NCBI GenBank assembly: GCA_036505795.1
Contig: DASXSU010000031.1
Coordinates: 72,471 to 136,470 of the forward strand
DNA: 64,000 nucleotides
Source: Nitrospirales bacterium
Lineage (GTDB): Bacteria > Nitrospirota > Nitrospiria > Nitrospirales > NS-4
Reading direction: 5' to 3'
A program made the position numbers and the translations under genes. Of this stretch, positions 8,527-17,790 are shown in pieces (position 1 is the first letter of the stretch; each line of letters begins with the position of its first letter). A model generated the notes under the pieces. The model was not told where the DNA came from, did not search any database, and saw only the letters and a program-made list of their open reading frames with translations.

Positions 8527-11125
8527 TCTAAGCCCGCTCATGCGGCAGTATCGAGAATTGAAACAACGTTATCCGCAGTCGCTGCTGTTCTTTCGCGTCG
8601 GCGATTTCTACGAGATGTTCTATGAGGACGCTGTCGAAGGCGCCCGGCTCTTAAACATTGCGCTGACATCACGCGATAAGAACAAAACGGAACAGGTGCC
8701 TCTCTGCGGCGTACCGTACCATGCGGCCTCCGGATATCTGGACAAGCTGCTCAAGGCCGGACGTTCTGTGGCGTTGTGCGAACAGGTGGAGGATCCACGC
8801 CAGGCGAAAGGCCTGGTCCGGCGCGAAGTGGTCCGGGTCTACACACCCGGCACCCTGATTGAATCCAACTTGCTGACGGCGGGGCAGCCGAACTTCCTTG
8901 CGGCCTTGTATTTGACTCCCGGCGGAGCCGGACTCGCTTGGCTGGATCTCTCCACCGGCGAATTTCGGGCCTTGGAACTGTCTGAGGCATGGGAAGGCCG
9001 TCTTGCTGACGAACTTCTCCGGATCGAACCTCGGGAACTCCTGGCACCGGATGATCAGTTGGAACGGGTCCGGCGGCTCTTCGGGGCGGTTGTCCCTGCC
9101 GTGACTTCCGTCGAGGCTGCGGCATTTGAAGGGGCCGTCTCGAGGGCTCTGCTGTTGGAACATTTTCAGGTGGCCTCGCTGGTCGGATTCGGATGCGAGG
9201 AGAAGTCGCTTGCCGTAAGGACCGCAGGGGCGCTTCTCAGCTACGTCAAGCAGACGCAACCCGGGGTGCCTCTTTCGCACATCGTCAGACTCACCATGCA
9301 GGATGCCGGGCCCATTATGGCTCTTGATCGGGCCACTCAACGCAATCTCGAACTCGTCCGAAGGGCTTTTGATGGTCGTACAGAAGGCTCGCTGCTGAGT
9401 GCTCTGGACCGGACCATGACATCGATGGGAGCGCGCCTGCTGCGCGATTGGATCTTGCACCCGCTGACCGAGATTCCTCCGATCTTGGACCGCCAGAAAG
9501 CGGTCGCAGAATTGCATGCGGACTTTGAACGGCGTAGCCGGCTTCGGGCGGCAATGAAAAGTATCGCGGACATTGAGCGCCTGATGGCTCGGATCGTTCT
9601 AGGCGCCGCGAATGCGAGAGATCTGCTGGCGTTGAAAAAGTCTTTGAGCGCGCTGCCGCAAATCAACCAGCAACTTTCAGCTTGCACCGCGCCGTTTCTT
9701 CAAAGTCGCCATGAGCCGTGGGACGACCTTGCTGAGTTGGCGCTCACGATCGAGCGGGCCATCGAGCCGGAGGCTCCAATGGCGGTGAAAGAGGGGGGGC
9801 TCATTCGCGAGGGGTACCACGCTGCGCTCGATGAGCTGAAGGTCATCAGCCGGGAGGGAAAAGCGTGGATCGCCGGGATCGAGCGTCAGGAACGGGAGAA
9901 CACCGGCATCGCGTCGCTGAAAATCCGCTTCAATCAGGTCTTCGGCTATTACATCGAGATCACCAAAACCAACCTTGAGCGGGTTCCGGCTCACTACGCC
10001 CGCAAGCAAACCCTCGCGAATGCGGAGCGGTTCACCACCCCGGAGCTCAAAACCCTGGAAGATAAAGTGATGGGCGCCGAAGAGCGGATCCGGACTTTGG
10101 AGTTTGAGCTGTTCGATTCGCTGCGCCGAAACGTTGCCACGGCCGCACTCCGTGTACAAAAGCTCGCGCAGACGGTCGCCGCCATCGACGTCGTGACCGG
10201 ACTCTCGCTGGTGGCCTCAGAAAATTCCTATTGCCGTCCCGAACTGAGCTTGGATGATTGTCTCATCATCAAGGACGGGCGCCACCCGGTTCTCGAGCAG
10301 CAGCGCCTCGCGGGCGGCTTCATTCCGAATGACGTGCAACTCGGCGGTCCCACTCATCGTCTGCTTGTCATCACCGGACCCAATATGGCAGGAAAAAGCA
10401 CGTATCTGCGACAAACCGCGCTGATCGTGTTAATGGCCCAGATCGGCTCCTTCGTGCCGGCAAAGGTCGCCGCGATTGGGGCAGTGGACCGCATTTTTAC
10501 ACGGGTCGGCGCCTCCGACAATCTCTTAGAGGGCCAAAGCACGTTCATGGTGGAGATGACCGAAACAGCCAACATCCTTCATCATGCGACGGAGCGAAGC
10601 CTGATTATCCTGGATGAGATTGGGCGCGGCACCAGCACATTCGATGGGCTCAGCATTGCGTGGGCGGTCGCCGAGGCACTGGCGGATCCCTCCCGGATCG
10701 GGGCCCGGACCCTGTTTGCCACTCACTACCACGAACTCACCGAACTCGCGCATTCCCACTCCGGCGTCCGCAACTATAACGTCTTGGTCAGAGAGCGGGG
10801 AGATGAAATCCTATTCTTGCGAAAAATCGTTCCAGGCGGCAGCGACCGCAGTTACGGCATTCATGTGGCGCGCCTGGCGGGCCTTCCTCGTGATGTCATC
10901 GCGCGCGCCCAAAATGTGTTGGCGCGGCTGGAAACCGGCATGAGCCACGAGGACAGGAACCAGGAAGAAATGCATGGGGGTGAACCTGCCGTCGACCCCA
11001 CCCTGCCGGCAGCCCACCCGATGCTGGATGAAGTGCGGCAGATGGATCTCTTCAAGATGACCCCGCTGGACGCGCTGAACAAACTGTCCGAGATGAAGGA
11101 GCGCTTGGAGCAAGAACGCGGGTGA
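8510..11125 (+). CDS. mutS: DNA mismatch repair protein MutS
   Basis: 871 aa. The N-terminal mismatch-binding motif is FFRVGDFYEMF. The Walker A is GPNMAGKSTYLRQ, and STFMVEM and DEIGRGTS are present. Confidence 0.95.
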   Translation: MTMFSDLSPLMRQYRELKQRYPQSLLFFRVGDFYEMFYEDAVEGARLLNIALTSRDKNKTEQVPLCGVPYHAASGYLDKLLKAGRSVALCEQVEDPRQAKGLVRREVVRVYTPGTLIESNLLTAGQPNFLAALYLTPGGAGLAWLDLSTGEFRALELSEAWEGRLADELLRIEPRELLAPDDQLERVRRLFGAVVPAVTSVEAAAFEGAVSRALLLEHFQVASLVGFGCEEKSLAVRTAGALLSYVKQTQPGVPLSHIVRLTMQDAGPIMALDRATQRNLELVRRAFDGRTEGSLLSALDRTMTSMGARLLRDWILHPLTEIPPILDRQKAVAELHADFERRSRLRAAMKSIADIERLMARIVLGAANARDLLALKKSLSALPQINQQLSACTAPFLQSRHEPWDDLAELALTIERAIEPEAPMAVKEGGLIREGYHAALDELKVISREGKAWIAGIERQERENTGIASLKIRFNQVFGYYIEITKTNLERVPAHYARKQTLANAERFTTPELKTLEDKVMGAEERIRTLEFELFDSLRRNVATAALRVQKLAQTVAAIDVVTGLSLVASENSYCRPELSLDDCLIIKDGRHPVLEQQRLAGGFIPNDVQLGGPTHRLLVITGPNMAGKSTYLRQTALIVLMAQIGSFVPAKVAAIGAVDRIFTRVGASDNLLEGQSTFMVEMTETANILHHATERSLIILDEIGRGTSTFDGLSIAWAVAEALADPSRIGARTLFATHYHELTELAHSHSGVRNYNVLVRERGDEILFLRKIVPGGSDRSYGIHVARLAGLPRDVIARAQNVLARLETGMSHEDRNQEEMHGGEPAVDPTLPAAHPMLDEVRQMDLFKMTPLDALNKLSEMKERLEQERG

Positions 11126-11128
11126 TAT

Positions 11129-11166
11129 TAAAAAAAAGGCGGCGGACGTTTGCCACGCCCGCCGCC
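11129..11166 (-). terminator. Rho-independent terminator, possibly bidirectional, between the convergent mutS and 11193 genes
   Basis: GGCGGCGG (11138-11145) pairs perfectly with CCGCCGCC (11159-11166) around a 13-nt loop. The A8 run at 11130-11137 becomes a U-tract on the minus strand. On the plus strand the tail is TCGAGTCTTTCG, which is weaker. Confidence 0.65.
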
Positions 11167-11192
11167 TCGAGTCTTTCGTTGAGAAACTTGCT

Positions 11193-11837
11193 TTAGCAGC
11201 CCTTGAAGTCCTTGAAGCGCACGTGCTTACCGATCTTCGTGCTGCCGCCGGGCATATCCGCACCTAGCACATCAGCCGGCACCGGCGTTCCCATCTTCCC
11301 GCACTCAGCCTTCATCTCCGGGAATCCAGGCTGGCCTTTCATGGCGACCGGAGAAAGGCCGGGTGAAGAGCCTGCCGCTACGGGCATCATTCCCGCCCAG
11401 AGCTTGTCGTCCACATCTTTCACGGCCGTCGCAACGCGCTTGTTTTGCTCCACTTCCTGTACGACCATTTCGACCACGTCGGCGTTGGTGCCGGGCGCCA
11501 CTTTATCGGCAGCGGCCGGTCCGGGCGCCGGCCGGGCTTTGGATTTCAGGAGCTCGAGGTCTTTGCCGGAGGCGAAGACGCGCATGTTCTTGCCCGGAAG
11601 CATCTTGCCCCAAAACTGATCGATTTCACCGCTGTTCCGGACGCCCTTCCAGGTCCAGTTTACCCAGACGGCATCTTCGTACGGATCCACAATGATGATG
11701 CGCGCCAGGATCGTCTTGGGCGTGCTAAAGTCCTCCTCGAATCGCTCCGAGAAGGCTTCGATGGCCAGGGCGACACCGGCTGCACCCGTTATTAGGATTG
11801 CAGCGCTTACCGCCAGTAGTTTGGAATACGCCTTCAT
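11193..11837 (-). CDS. Hypothetical secreted protein
   Basis: The track ORF runs 11193-11930. An internal ATG at 11837 follows GGAGGGAG and yields the signal peptide MKAYSKLLAVSAAILITGAAGVALA. I recognise no family. A Pro/Ala-rich linker lies mid-protein, and the protein ends KDFKGC. Confidence 0.55.
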   Translation of the reverse strand: MKAYSKLLAVSAAILITGAAGVALAIEAFSERFEEDFSTPKTILARIIIVDPYEDAVWVNWTWKGVRNSGEIDQFWGKMLPGKNMRVFASGKDLELLKSKARPAPGPAAADKVAPGTNADVVEMVVQEVEQNKRVATAVKDVDDKLWAGMMPVAAGSSPGLSPVAMKGQPGFPEMKAECGKMGTPVPADVLGADMPGGSTKIGKHVRFKDFKGC

Positions 11838-11874
11838 GAGACTCCCTCCTTCGTAGTAAAAATTTGAGGATAAA

Positions 11875-12321
11875 TTATTTGAGTACCTTGAAGGCCGTAA
11901 TCGTGGGGCGGCCCCCGATATCTTCAACATTCACTTCCATGTTCACGAGTTCTTGGTTGGCCTTCATCATCTGGTCCATCAAGTTTTTATCTTTAACGGC
12001 CAGGCGCACGGTAGTCTGGGCATGGTACCAGCCGGCATAAGGCGCATTCTTCTCAGGCCCGCCTTGGAACCCCCACGCGCCCCCCGCCGCGTAGCCGTCC
12101 GGCGTTTCTGTGGTGGTAGAAGACGTCCGCCCGCCTGGGGTTCCGGAACCGGGCGACCCGGTATTCCAGTATTGGATCCCGAAAAGGACTTCATTATCCG
12201 GATTTTCGGCCCAAGCCGACCAGATCCGACCCTTTAAGGCTTCAGCTGATGCCTGATCCACGGGCCAGGCGCTGATTATAAACAGGGCAAAGACTGCAGC
12301 AAAGATAACTGCTCGTTTCAT
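11875..12321 (-). CDS. Hypothetical secreted protein
   Basis: 148 aa with the signal peptide MKRAVIFAAVFALFIISAWPVDQASA. The central segment is Gly/Ser/Thr/Pro-rich. I recognise no family. GGAGGGAG lies upstream of the ATG. Confidence 0.55.
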   Translation of the reverse strand: MKRAVIFAAVFALFIISAWPVDQASAEALKGRIWSAWAENPDNEVLFGIQYWNTGSPGSGTPGGRTSSTTTETPDGYAAGGAWGFQGGPEKNAPYAGWYHAQTTVRLAVKDKNLMDQMMKANQELVNMEVNVEDIGGRPTITAFKVLK

Positions 12322-12388
12322 GCCGGCTCCCTCCTTGAATTAAGCTTTATCATCGGATGACATACGCGTAAGACCTTCAAGGGGACCG

Positions 12389-12417
12389 ATGCTACTAGAG
12401 GCCTTTTTTTTTGTCAA
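12389..12417 (-). promoter_or_regulatory. Candidate sigma-70 promoter: TTGACA-N17-TAGCAT (minus strand)
   Basis: The complement of 12412-12417 is TTGACA and the complement of 12389-12394 is TAGCAT, with exactly 17 nt between them. It sits in an AT-rich gap about 65 nt upstream of the 12321 start. Confidence 0.4.
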
Positions 12418-12463
12418 GAAAATTTTGGATAAGGCTGTGAGGCATGTAACGTACTGATAGTAT

Positions 12464-13174
12464 TTATGTTTTTGTATCTACATGATCCATCAAAATGTTC
12501 GCAATTCCGGCCGTTAGACGGACGTCTTTTTGATCTAGCCCGGGTACAAAAAGATACGTACCTATCTTCCATGTCAACAGCGAGAAGAGCGGTTCTTGTC
12601 CTTCCTCTGTGCCGAGTTCGGCTCCCACGATGCGCCCGTCTTTCAAATACAACACCCCTGACTCGCTGTGATGCTTAAGTAGTAACGCCCCAGTTTGCTG
12701 GTACATCTCGACCGCCTGGATCAGATCCATCAGCTCTGTGTCGGCAAGCTTTCCGGTCATGCGGATACCGTCTAATGGAAGGCGACGTGCAGCCTCTACC
12801 CGAGCCAGTAGAGCTCGGATCCGGACATTGATTTCCTCCAGATCACACGGCTTAGCCAGATAATCGTCCGCCCCGATTTTTAAGCCGTGGATGCGGTCAA
12901 TATCCTCATCTTTAGCGGTGAGAAACAAAAACGGAATCGTGCAGGAACGGGGATCGGATCGGAGGCGTCGGCACAAGGTGTAGCCGTCCATGACAGGCAT
13001 CATAATGTCCGCGACAATGACATCGGGGCGGGCCGCACTGACGCACTCGAGTGCTTCCGCACCATGCGCAGCCGTCCGTGTCTCATAGCCTCGAGGGCTT
13101 AAATACAGGGCGATCGCCCGTGCCAGTTTGGGTTCGTCCTCGACGATCAATACACTTACGCGGCTAGAAGTCAC
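12464..13174 (-). CDS. Response regulator: receiver domain fused to a DUF4388-like (PATAN-associated) C-terminal domain
   Basis: 236 aa. The REC motifs are [21 protein letters not shown] and [24 protein letters not shown]. The C-terminal half, [44 protein letters not shown], resembles DUF4388. The GTG start overlaps the clpX TGA stop (GTGA). Confidence 0.75.
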   Translation of the reverse strand: MTSSRVSVLIVEDEPKLARAIALYLSPRGYETRTAAHGAEALECVSAARPDVIVADIMMPVMDGYTLCRRLRSDPRSCTIPFLFLTAKDEDIDRIHGLKIGADDYLAKPCDLEEINVRIRALLARVEAARRLPLDGIRMTGKLADTELMDLIQAVEMYQQTGALLLKHHSESGVLYLKDGRIVGAELGTEEGQEPLFSLLTWKIGTYLFVPGLDQKDVRLTAGIANILMDHVDTKT

Positions 13175-14475
13175 TTTCCCTCTTTCTCGGCTAAGGGATG
13201 GCTGAGGATTTCCGGCATGCTGCGTCCTTCGATCACATCCTCCGTAATCGTCACGGCACGGACATTAGTTTTGGCCGGGATTTCGTACATGAGCTCCAAC
13301 ATGACTTCTTCCATGATGGCTCGCAGTGCGCGAGCGCCGGTTCGGAGCTGAACCGCCCGCTTCGCCACAGCCCGCACCGCCTGATCCGTGAAAATGAGAT
13401 CGACCCCTTCCAACGTAAACATCGTCTGATACTGCTTGAAGAGCGCGTTGCGCGGCTCCGTGAGAATCCGCATAAGGTCCGGTTCGTTCAATTCTGACAG
13501 GGTGGCCAGAACCGGGAAACGGCCAACGAACTCGGGAATAAGGCCGAACCGAAGCAGATCCTCCGGTTGCACCTGTGCCAAGAGCTCCCCCAAATCCCCA
13601 TCATTTGCCGGACGCACGTCGGCGCCAAAACCCATAGCGCGCTCCCGTGTTCGCCGACGCACGAGATTATCGAGTCCGACAAACGCCCCCCCACAGATAA
13701 ATAAAATGTTGGCCGTGTCAATTTTAATGAAGTCCTGTTCCGGGTGCTTGCGGCCGCCTTTGGGGGGAACACTGCAGGTCGTCCCCTCGACAAGCTTCAA
13801 CAAGGCCTGTTGCACCCCTTCCCCCGATACATCGCGGGTAATCGAAGCTGACTCCGATTTACGGCTGATCTTATCGATCTCGTCGATGTAAATGATTCCC
13901 GTCTCCGCTCGCGCCGCGTCGAAGTCCGCCGCCTGCAGCAGCTTGAGCACGACGTTTTCAACATCCTCGCCGACATAGCCCGCTTCCGTCAGGGTCGTCG
14001 CGTCGGCAATCGCAAACGGGACTTCCAAGATTCGAGCGAGCGTCTGGCACAGAAGAGTTTTACCGGTCCCTGTGGGGCCTATGAGAAAGACGTTTCCCTT
14101 CTGCAGTTCCACATCACCCACGCGAGCATTGCTCTGGATCCGCCGGTAATGATTATGGACCGCCACCGAAAGGACTTTTTTCGCCCTCTCCTGGCCAATC
14201 ACATAGTCATCCAGAATGCGCTTAATGGCCGGCGGATTTAACAATTTGAAGGCAGGCACCTCGGCCGGAGCGGAGGGACGACGGCTTTGTCCTACAACCG
14301 TCTGGCACCGCGCCACACACTCGGTGCAGATCCAGAGCGTCGTCACGGCGTGACAACCGTCGCACAAATGCGCCGTAGGACTTTCAATGAGCTCCCCGGC
14401 TCCGGCTTTGGATTTTCCACAAAACGAACACAGTAACTTTTTCGAGGAACGATTCCCCTTATTGCCCCATAGCAC
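13171..14475 (-). CDS. clpX: ATP-dependent protease ATPase subunit ClpX, with an atypical N-terminal zinc-binding domain
   Basis: 434 aa. The GTG start is preceded by GAGGAGGT. The Walker A is GPTGTGKT, the Walker B is IIYIDEIDK, and GFGA and the ClpX C-terminal pattern are present. The N-terminus CSFCGKS...[22 protein letters not shown] contains an extra CxxC. No clpP is adjacent. Confidence 0.9.
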   Translation of the reverse strand: MLWGNKGNRSSKKLLCSFCGKSKAGAGELIESPTAHLCDGCHAVTTLWICTECVARCQTVVGQSRRPSAPAEVPAFKLLNPPAIKRILDDYVIGQERAKKVLSVAVHNHYRRIQSNARVGDVELQKGNVFLIGPTGTGKTLLCQTLARILEVPFAIADATTLTEAGYVGEDVENVVLKLLQAADFDAARAETGIIYIDEIDKISRKSESASITRDVSGEGVQQALLKLVEGTTCSVPPKGGRKHPEQDFIKIDTANILFICGGAFVGLDNLVRRRTRERAMGFGADVRPANDGDLGELLAQVQPEDLLRFGLIPEFVGRFPVLATLSELNEPDLMRILTEPRNALFKQYQTMFTLEGVDLIFTDQAVRAVAKRAVQLRTGARALRAIMEEVMLELMYEIPAKTNVRAVTITEDVIEGRSMPEILSHPLAEKEGK

Positions 14476-14593
14476 GTGCTACCTCCTCATGACTCCGGCC
14501 GATAGTAATGTATGATACTGAGTGAATCCAGAGAACACAATCTTTGACTAACGCCTCGCTTTACCGCACCATTCTCGAGTCCAGGGAGAATTG

Positions 14594-16399
14594 ATGTCCG
14601 CTCTGATCCATGGTCGAAAACTGAGCAAGGCGTACGGCGCCAAACGACTGTTCCACGATCTTACCATCAGTATTTCCGAGAAAGATCGCATGGGTATCAT
14701 CGGCCCGAACGGGATGGGCAAGAGCACGCTCCTCAAGATCTTGGCCGGCCTTGAACAACCCGACGAGGGACTTGTGACACGGCGCCAACGCCTTCGCATT
14801 GCCTATCTCCCGCAACGGTCGGAGTTTGATCCGGAAACGACAGTGATCGAGGAAGTTGAGCGCGCCGCGCTGGCCTCGAGTATCCGCAAAGATGAAAAGA
14901 GTATACGCGTACAAGAAACGCTGGGAAGATTCGGGTTTGAGAAAGGCACCCAACGAGTGGGCGACCTCTCCGGCGGATGGGCGAAGCGACTTGCGATTGC
15001 ATGCGGCTGGGTCCAGGCCCCGGATGTGATGTTGCTGGACGAGCCCACGAATCATCTCGACCTGGAAGGAATGCAGTGGCTGGAGCAACTCATGTCTGAA
15101 GCGCCCTGGGCCTGGGTCATGGTGAGCCATGATCGGTGGTTCCTGGAGCGCGCCACAAACACCGTGGCGGAGGTGAACACTCGGTATCCCGACGGCATTT
15201 TTTCTGTCCCTGGCACGTATTCTGAGTTCCTCTTGAAGCGAGAGGAATACCAGGGGCTACAAGCCGAACAGGCACAGGCGTTGGCCGGAAAAGTGCGGCG
15301 TGAAGTGCAATGGCTGCGGCAGGGAGCCAAGGCAAGAACCACGAAAGCCAAATATCGAGTGGAAGGCGCTCAAGCGCTGCAGGCGGAGCTTGCGGAAACC
15401 ACAGCCCGGTTACGGCAGGGGGAGACCGCTATCGAGTTTGTCGGCTCCGGGCGCAAGACCAAACGCCTGATCGTGGCCGAGCGCATCAGCAAAGCCTTTG
15501 GGGGGAGCCCGGTGATTCAGGACCTTCATGTGGTCTTGTCCCCCAAAATGGCGCTCGGGATTTTGGGGCCTAACGGTTCTGGTAAATCCACACTGCTTCA
15601 ATTGCTGGCAAAGACGTTAGAGCCGGATCAAGGCACCGTCTCCCATGCGGACGCGCTTCGCGTCGTGTACTTCGATCAGCACCGAAAGCAACTCGACCCG
15701 AAGATGACCTTGAGAAAAACGCTGTCGGACACGGGAGAGTACGTCACCTATCGGGAGCATCCCACCCATATCGTCTCCTGGGCCAAACGCTTTCGTTTCA
15801 CGCCCGAACAGCTCGACATACAGGTGGGGCTGTTGTCGGGCGGTGAGCAAGCACGAGCGGTGATTGCCCGGTTGATGCTACAGCCCGCTGATGTGCTGCT
15901 GTTGGATGAACCGACGAACGATCTCGACATTCCTACGCTGGAGATACTGGAAGAGAGTTTGACGGATTTTCCGGGCGCGCTGGTCCTGGTCACTCACGAC
16001 CGCTTTGTGCTGGGCCAGGTATGCAACCAGTTTGTAGGGTTAGACGGCACCGGAGCGCATGGCCTATTTGCCGACTACGACCAGTGGGACACGTGGGCTC
16101 TGCGCGAAGCGTCTCCACCAACGCCGGCGCCAACACTCGCGTCCGACAGCGTTCCCGCCCGTCGTCCCCTGTCCAAAAAGCTTAACTATCGGGAACAGCA
16201 AGAGCACAGCACCATCGAGGAGCGGATCCTAGCCGCCGAGTCCGAGCTCGCAACCTGCCGTGTCCGCATGGAAGATCCGGCCATCGCCGCCGACCACCTG
16301 CAATTGCAAAAAGCAGTGGACGCGCTCAAAGAAGCGGAACAACAGGTGGAGAGGCTTTACACCCGATGGGCAGAGCTCGAGGCGAAATTAAAAGCGTAG
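14594..16399 (+). CDS. ABC-F family ATPase (two ABC domains, no TM domain)
   Basis: The track ORF begins at a TTG at 14591, and an ATG lies at 14594 after GGGAGA. It has two Walker A motifs (GPNGMGKST, GPNGSGKST), two signature motifs (LSGGWAKR, LSGGEQAR), and a C-terminal coiled coil. Confidence 0.85.
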   Translation: MSALIHGRKLSKAYGAKRLFHDLTISISEKDRMGIIGPNGMGKSTLLKILAGLEQPDEGLVTRRQRLRIAYLPQRSEFDPETTVIEEVERAALASSIRKDEKSIRVQETLGRFGFEKGTQRVGDLSGGWAKRLAIACGWVQAPDVMLLDEPTNHLDLEGMQWLEQLMSEAPWAWVMVSHDRWFLERATNTVAEVNTRYPDGIFSVPGTYSEFLLKREEYQGLQAEQAQALAGKVRREVQWLRQGAKARTTKAKYRVEGAQALQAELAETTARLRQGETAIEFVGSGRKTKRLIVAERISKAFGGSPVIQDLHVVLSPKMALGILGPNGSGKSTLLQLLAKTLEPDQGTVSHADALRVVYFDQHRKQLDPKMTLRKTLSDTGEYVTYREHPTHIVSWAKRFRFTPEQLDIQVGLLSGGEQARAVIARLMLQPADVLLLDEPTNDLDIPTLEILEESLTDFPGALVLVTHDRFVLGQVCNQFVGLDGTGAHGLFADYDQWDTWALREASPPTPAPTLASDSVPARRPLSKKLNYREQQEHSTIEERILAAESELATCRVRMEDPAIAADHLQLQKAVDALKEAEQQVERLYTRWAELEAKLKA

Positions 16400-16431
16400 C
16401 CGCATGGTGGCTCGAATGCAGAAGAGAAATG

Positions 16432-16674
16432 TCAGATTCTCTTGGACACCGCACGCAGTCTCAGCACGGCATACGGTGTCAGATAGTAGCCTGAGACTGA
16501 AATGACCAGTCCCATCACCGCCCCGGACATACCTCCGACAAAGACCCCCACAATCGGTAACAGGAGCACGATAAGGATCATCAAAACGGCAATGGGCTTG
16601 TTCTGTTCATAGAAGCCCTTGCGCTGTTCACTTTTAAGGGAACTCGCGAAGGACAGTTCGGAGTCGGGTTGCAT
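16432..16674 (-). CDS. Small two-TM membrane protein
   Basis: 80 aa with a hydrophobic core, PIAVLMILIVLLLPIVGVFVGGMSGAVMGLVISVSGYY. It starts 2 nt after the hydrolase stop. Confidence 0.4.
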   Translation of the reverse strand: MQPDSELSFASSLKSEQRKGFYEQNKPIAVLMILIVLLLPIVGVFVGGMSGAVMGLVISVSGYYLTPYAVLRLRAVSKRI

Positions 16675-16676
16675 AA

Positions 16677-17774
16677 TCAGACAATGCCGGGCTTTTCTAT
16701 GCCCTTCAGGAATTCTGAAAGCGCAGCGAGGTATTCCTCACGGTTGTCATCGAAGATGCTGTTGTGGTCTCCCTCGGGCAGCAAACGCAGGGTGGCTCGC
16801 CGCGCATAACTGGCATTGCGCACTGCATGAGAGCAATCGACCATCGTGTCTTCTTTCGCGTGAAGCACCAAGACAGGACCGGCGTAACCTGCGAGCTTGG
16901 TCTGTGGGTCCAGGCGGGCGCGCACCTCGGCAGCGAGGTCAGGGGCAGTTGCATCCACGTCAGTAGGACTTACTCGCATTAGAATCCGCTCCAGGGGATC
17001 AGCGATCCCGCTTTCGATGATAAGGCCTGCGGCGTCCGGAAAACGATGCACAAGCTCGATGGCGTACAACGACCCTAACGAGCGTCCGAAGGCCACCAAT
17101 CGACTTGGCGTGGCGGGCAGGGCTTCAACAATCGAAGGGACATCATCAAGGATGCGAGCCAGACCCGGCTCACCGCTGGAGGCTCCATAGCCGCGGTACT
17201 CCACAAAGAGGACATTGACTCCGAGAGCCGTGAGATCAGCGGCAAACTCCGGCAGGCTGTCCGACACGACTTCTCCATTTCCATGGAAATGCACAAGCGT
17301 GAGAGCACCGGGGTGAGGGGCGACATAGACGCAGGCAAGACGTGCCTCTTTGCAATCGACCCAGAAGATCTCCGGAGGCGCCTCGCGTCGAGGGCAGAAA
17401 TAGCGCCTGCTCAGTGTCGGATGATCAAGAATAGATCGAGGCGTCTTTTCTTCGGTATTGGCAGTGAGATACTCGACGATGACTCTGGCATCCCTGATCG
17501 GATCAGCTGTGAACGGAGCTTCATGTCGCCGGGACACCGTGGTGCTCAATCGCTCAGCCGCCTGACGGATGAGTATAGGAAAGGTTACTGCCTGCTGAAT
17601 TTGACGAAGATGTTCCATCGCATCCCCGCGCCATGGCGCGACGTGAAGGCTCGCCATCCAGGCCTCGGCTGCGAGCGCGACGGCCCGCCGGGCACAGACC
17701 CGCGCCTTGCCCTCGTTGCCGTCGTTCCAAGCGGCCTCGGCGGCGGCGAGTTCTTGTTTAATCCGAGCCGCCAT
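16677..17774 (-). CDS. Alpha/beta hydrolase with an N-terminal helical extension of about 120 aa
   Basis: The track ORF extends to 17858, but that part overlaps the upstream gene. The ATG at 17774 (MAARIKQELAAAEAAW) avoids the overlap. The hydrolase core has HFHGNGE, the nucleophile elbow GRSLGS, and the late EGDHNS. Confidence 0.7.
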   Translation of the reverse strand: MAARIKQELAAAEAAWNDGNEGKARVCARRAVALAAEAWMASLHVAPWRGDAMEHLRQIQQAVTFPILIRQAAERLSTTVSRRHEAPFTADPIRDARVIVEYLTANTEEKTPRSILDHPTLSRRYFCPRREAPPEIFWVDCKEARLACVYVAPHPGALTLVHFHGNGEVVSDSLPEFAADLTALGVNVLFVEYRGYGASSGEPGLARILDDVPSIVEALPATPSRLVAFGRSLGSLYAIELVHRFPDAAGLIIESGIADPLERILMRVSPTDVDATAPDLAAEVRARLDPQTKLAGYAGPVLVLHAKEDTMVDCSHAVRNASYARRATLRLLPEGDHNSIFDDNREEYLAALSEFLKGIEKPGIV

Positions 17775-17790
17775 TGACGCCAATTCGGGT

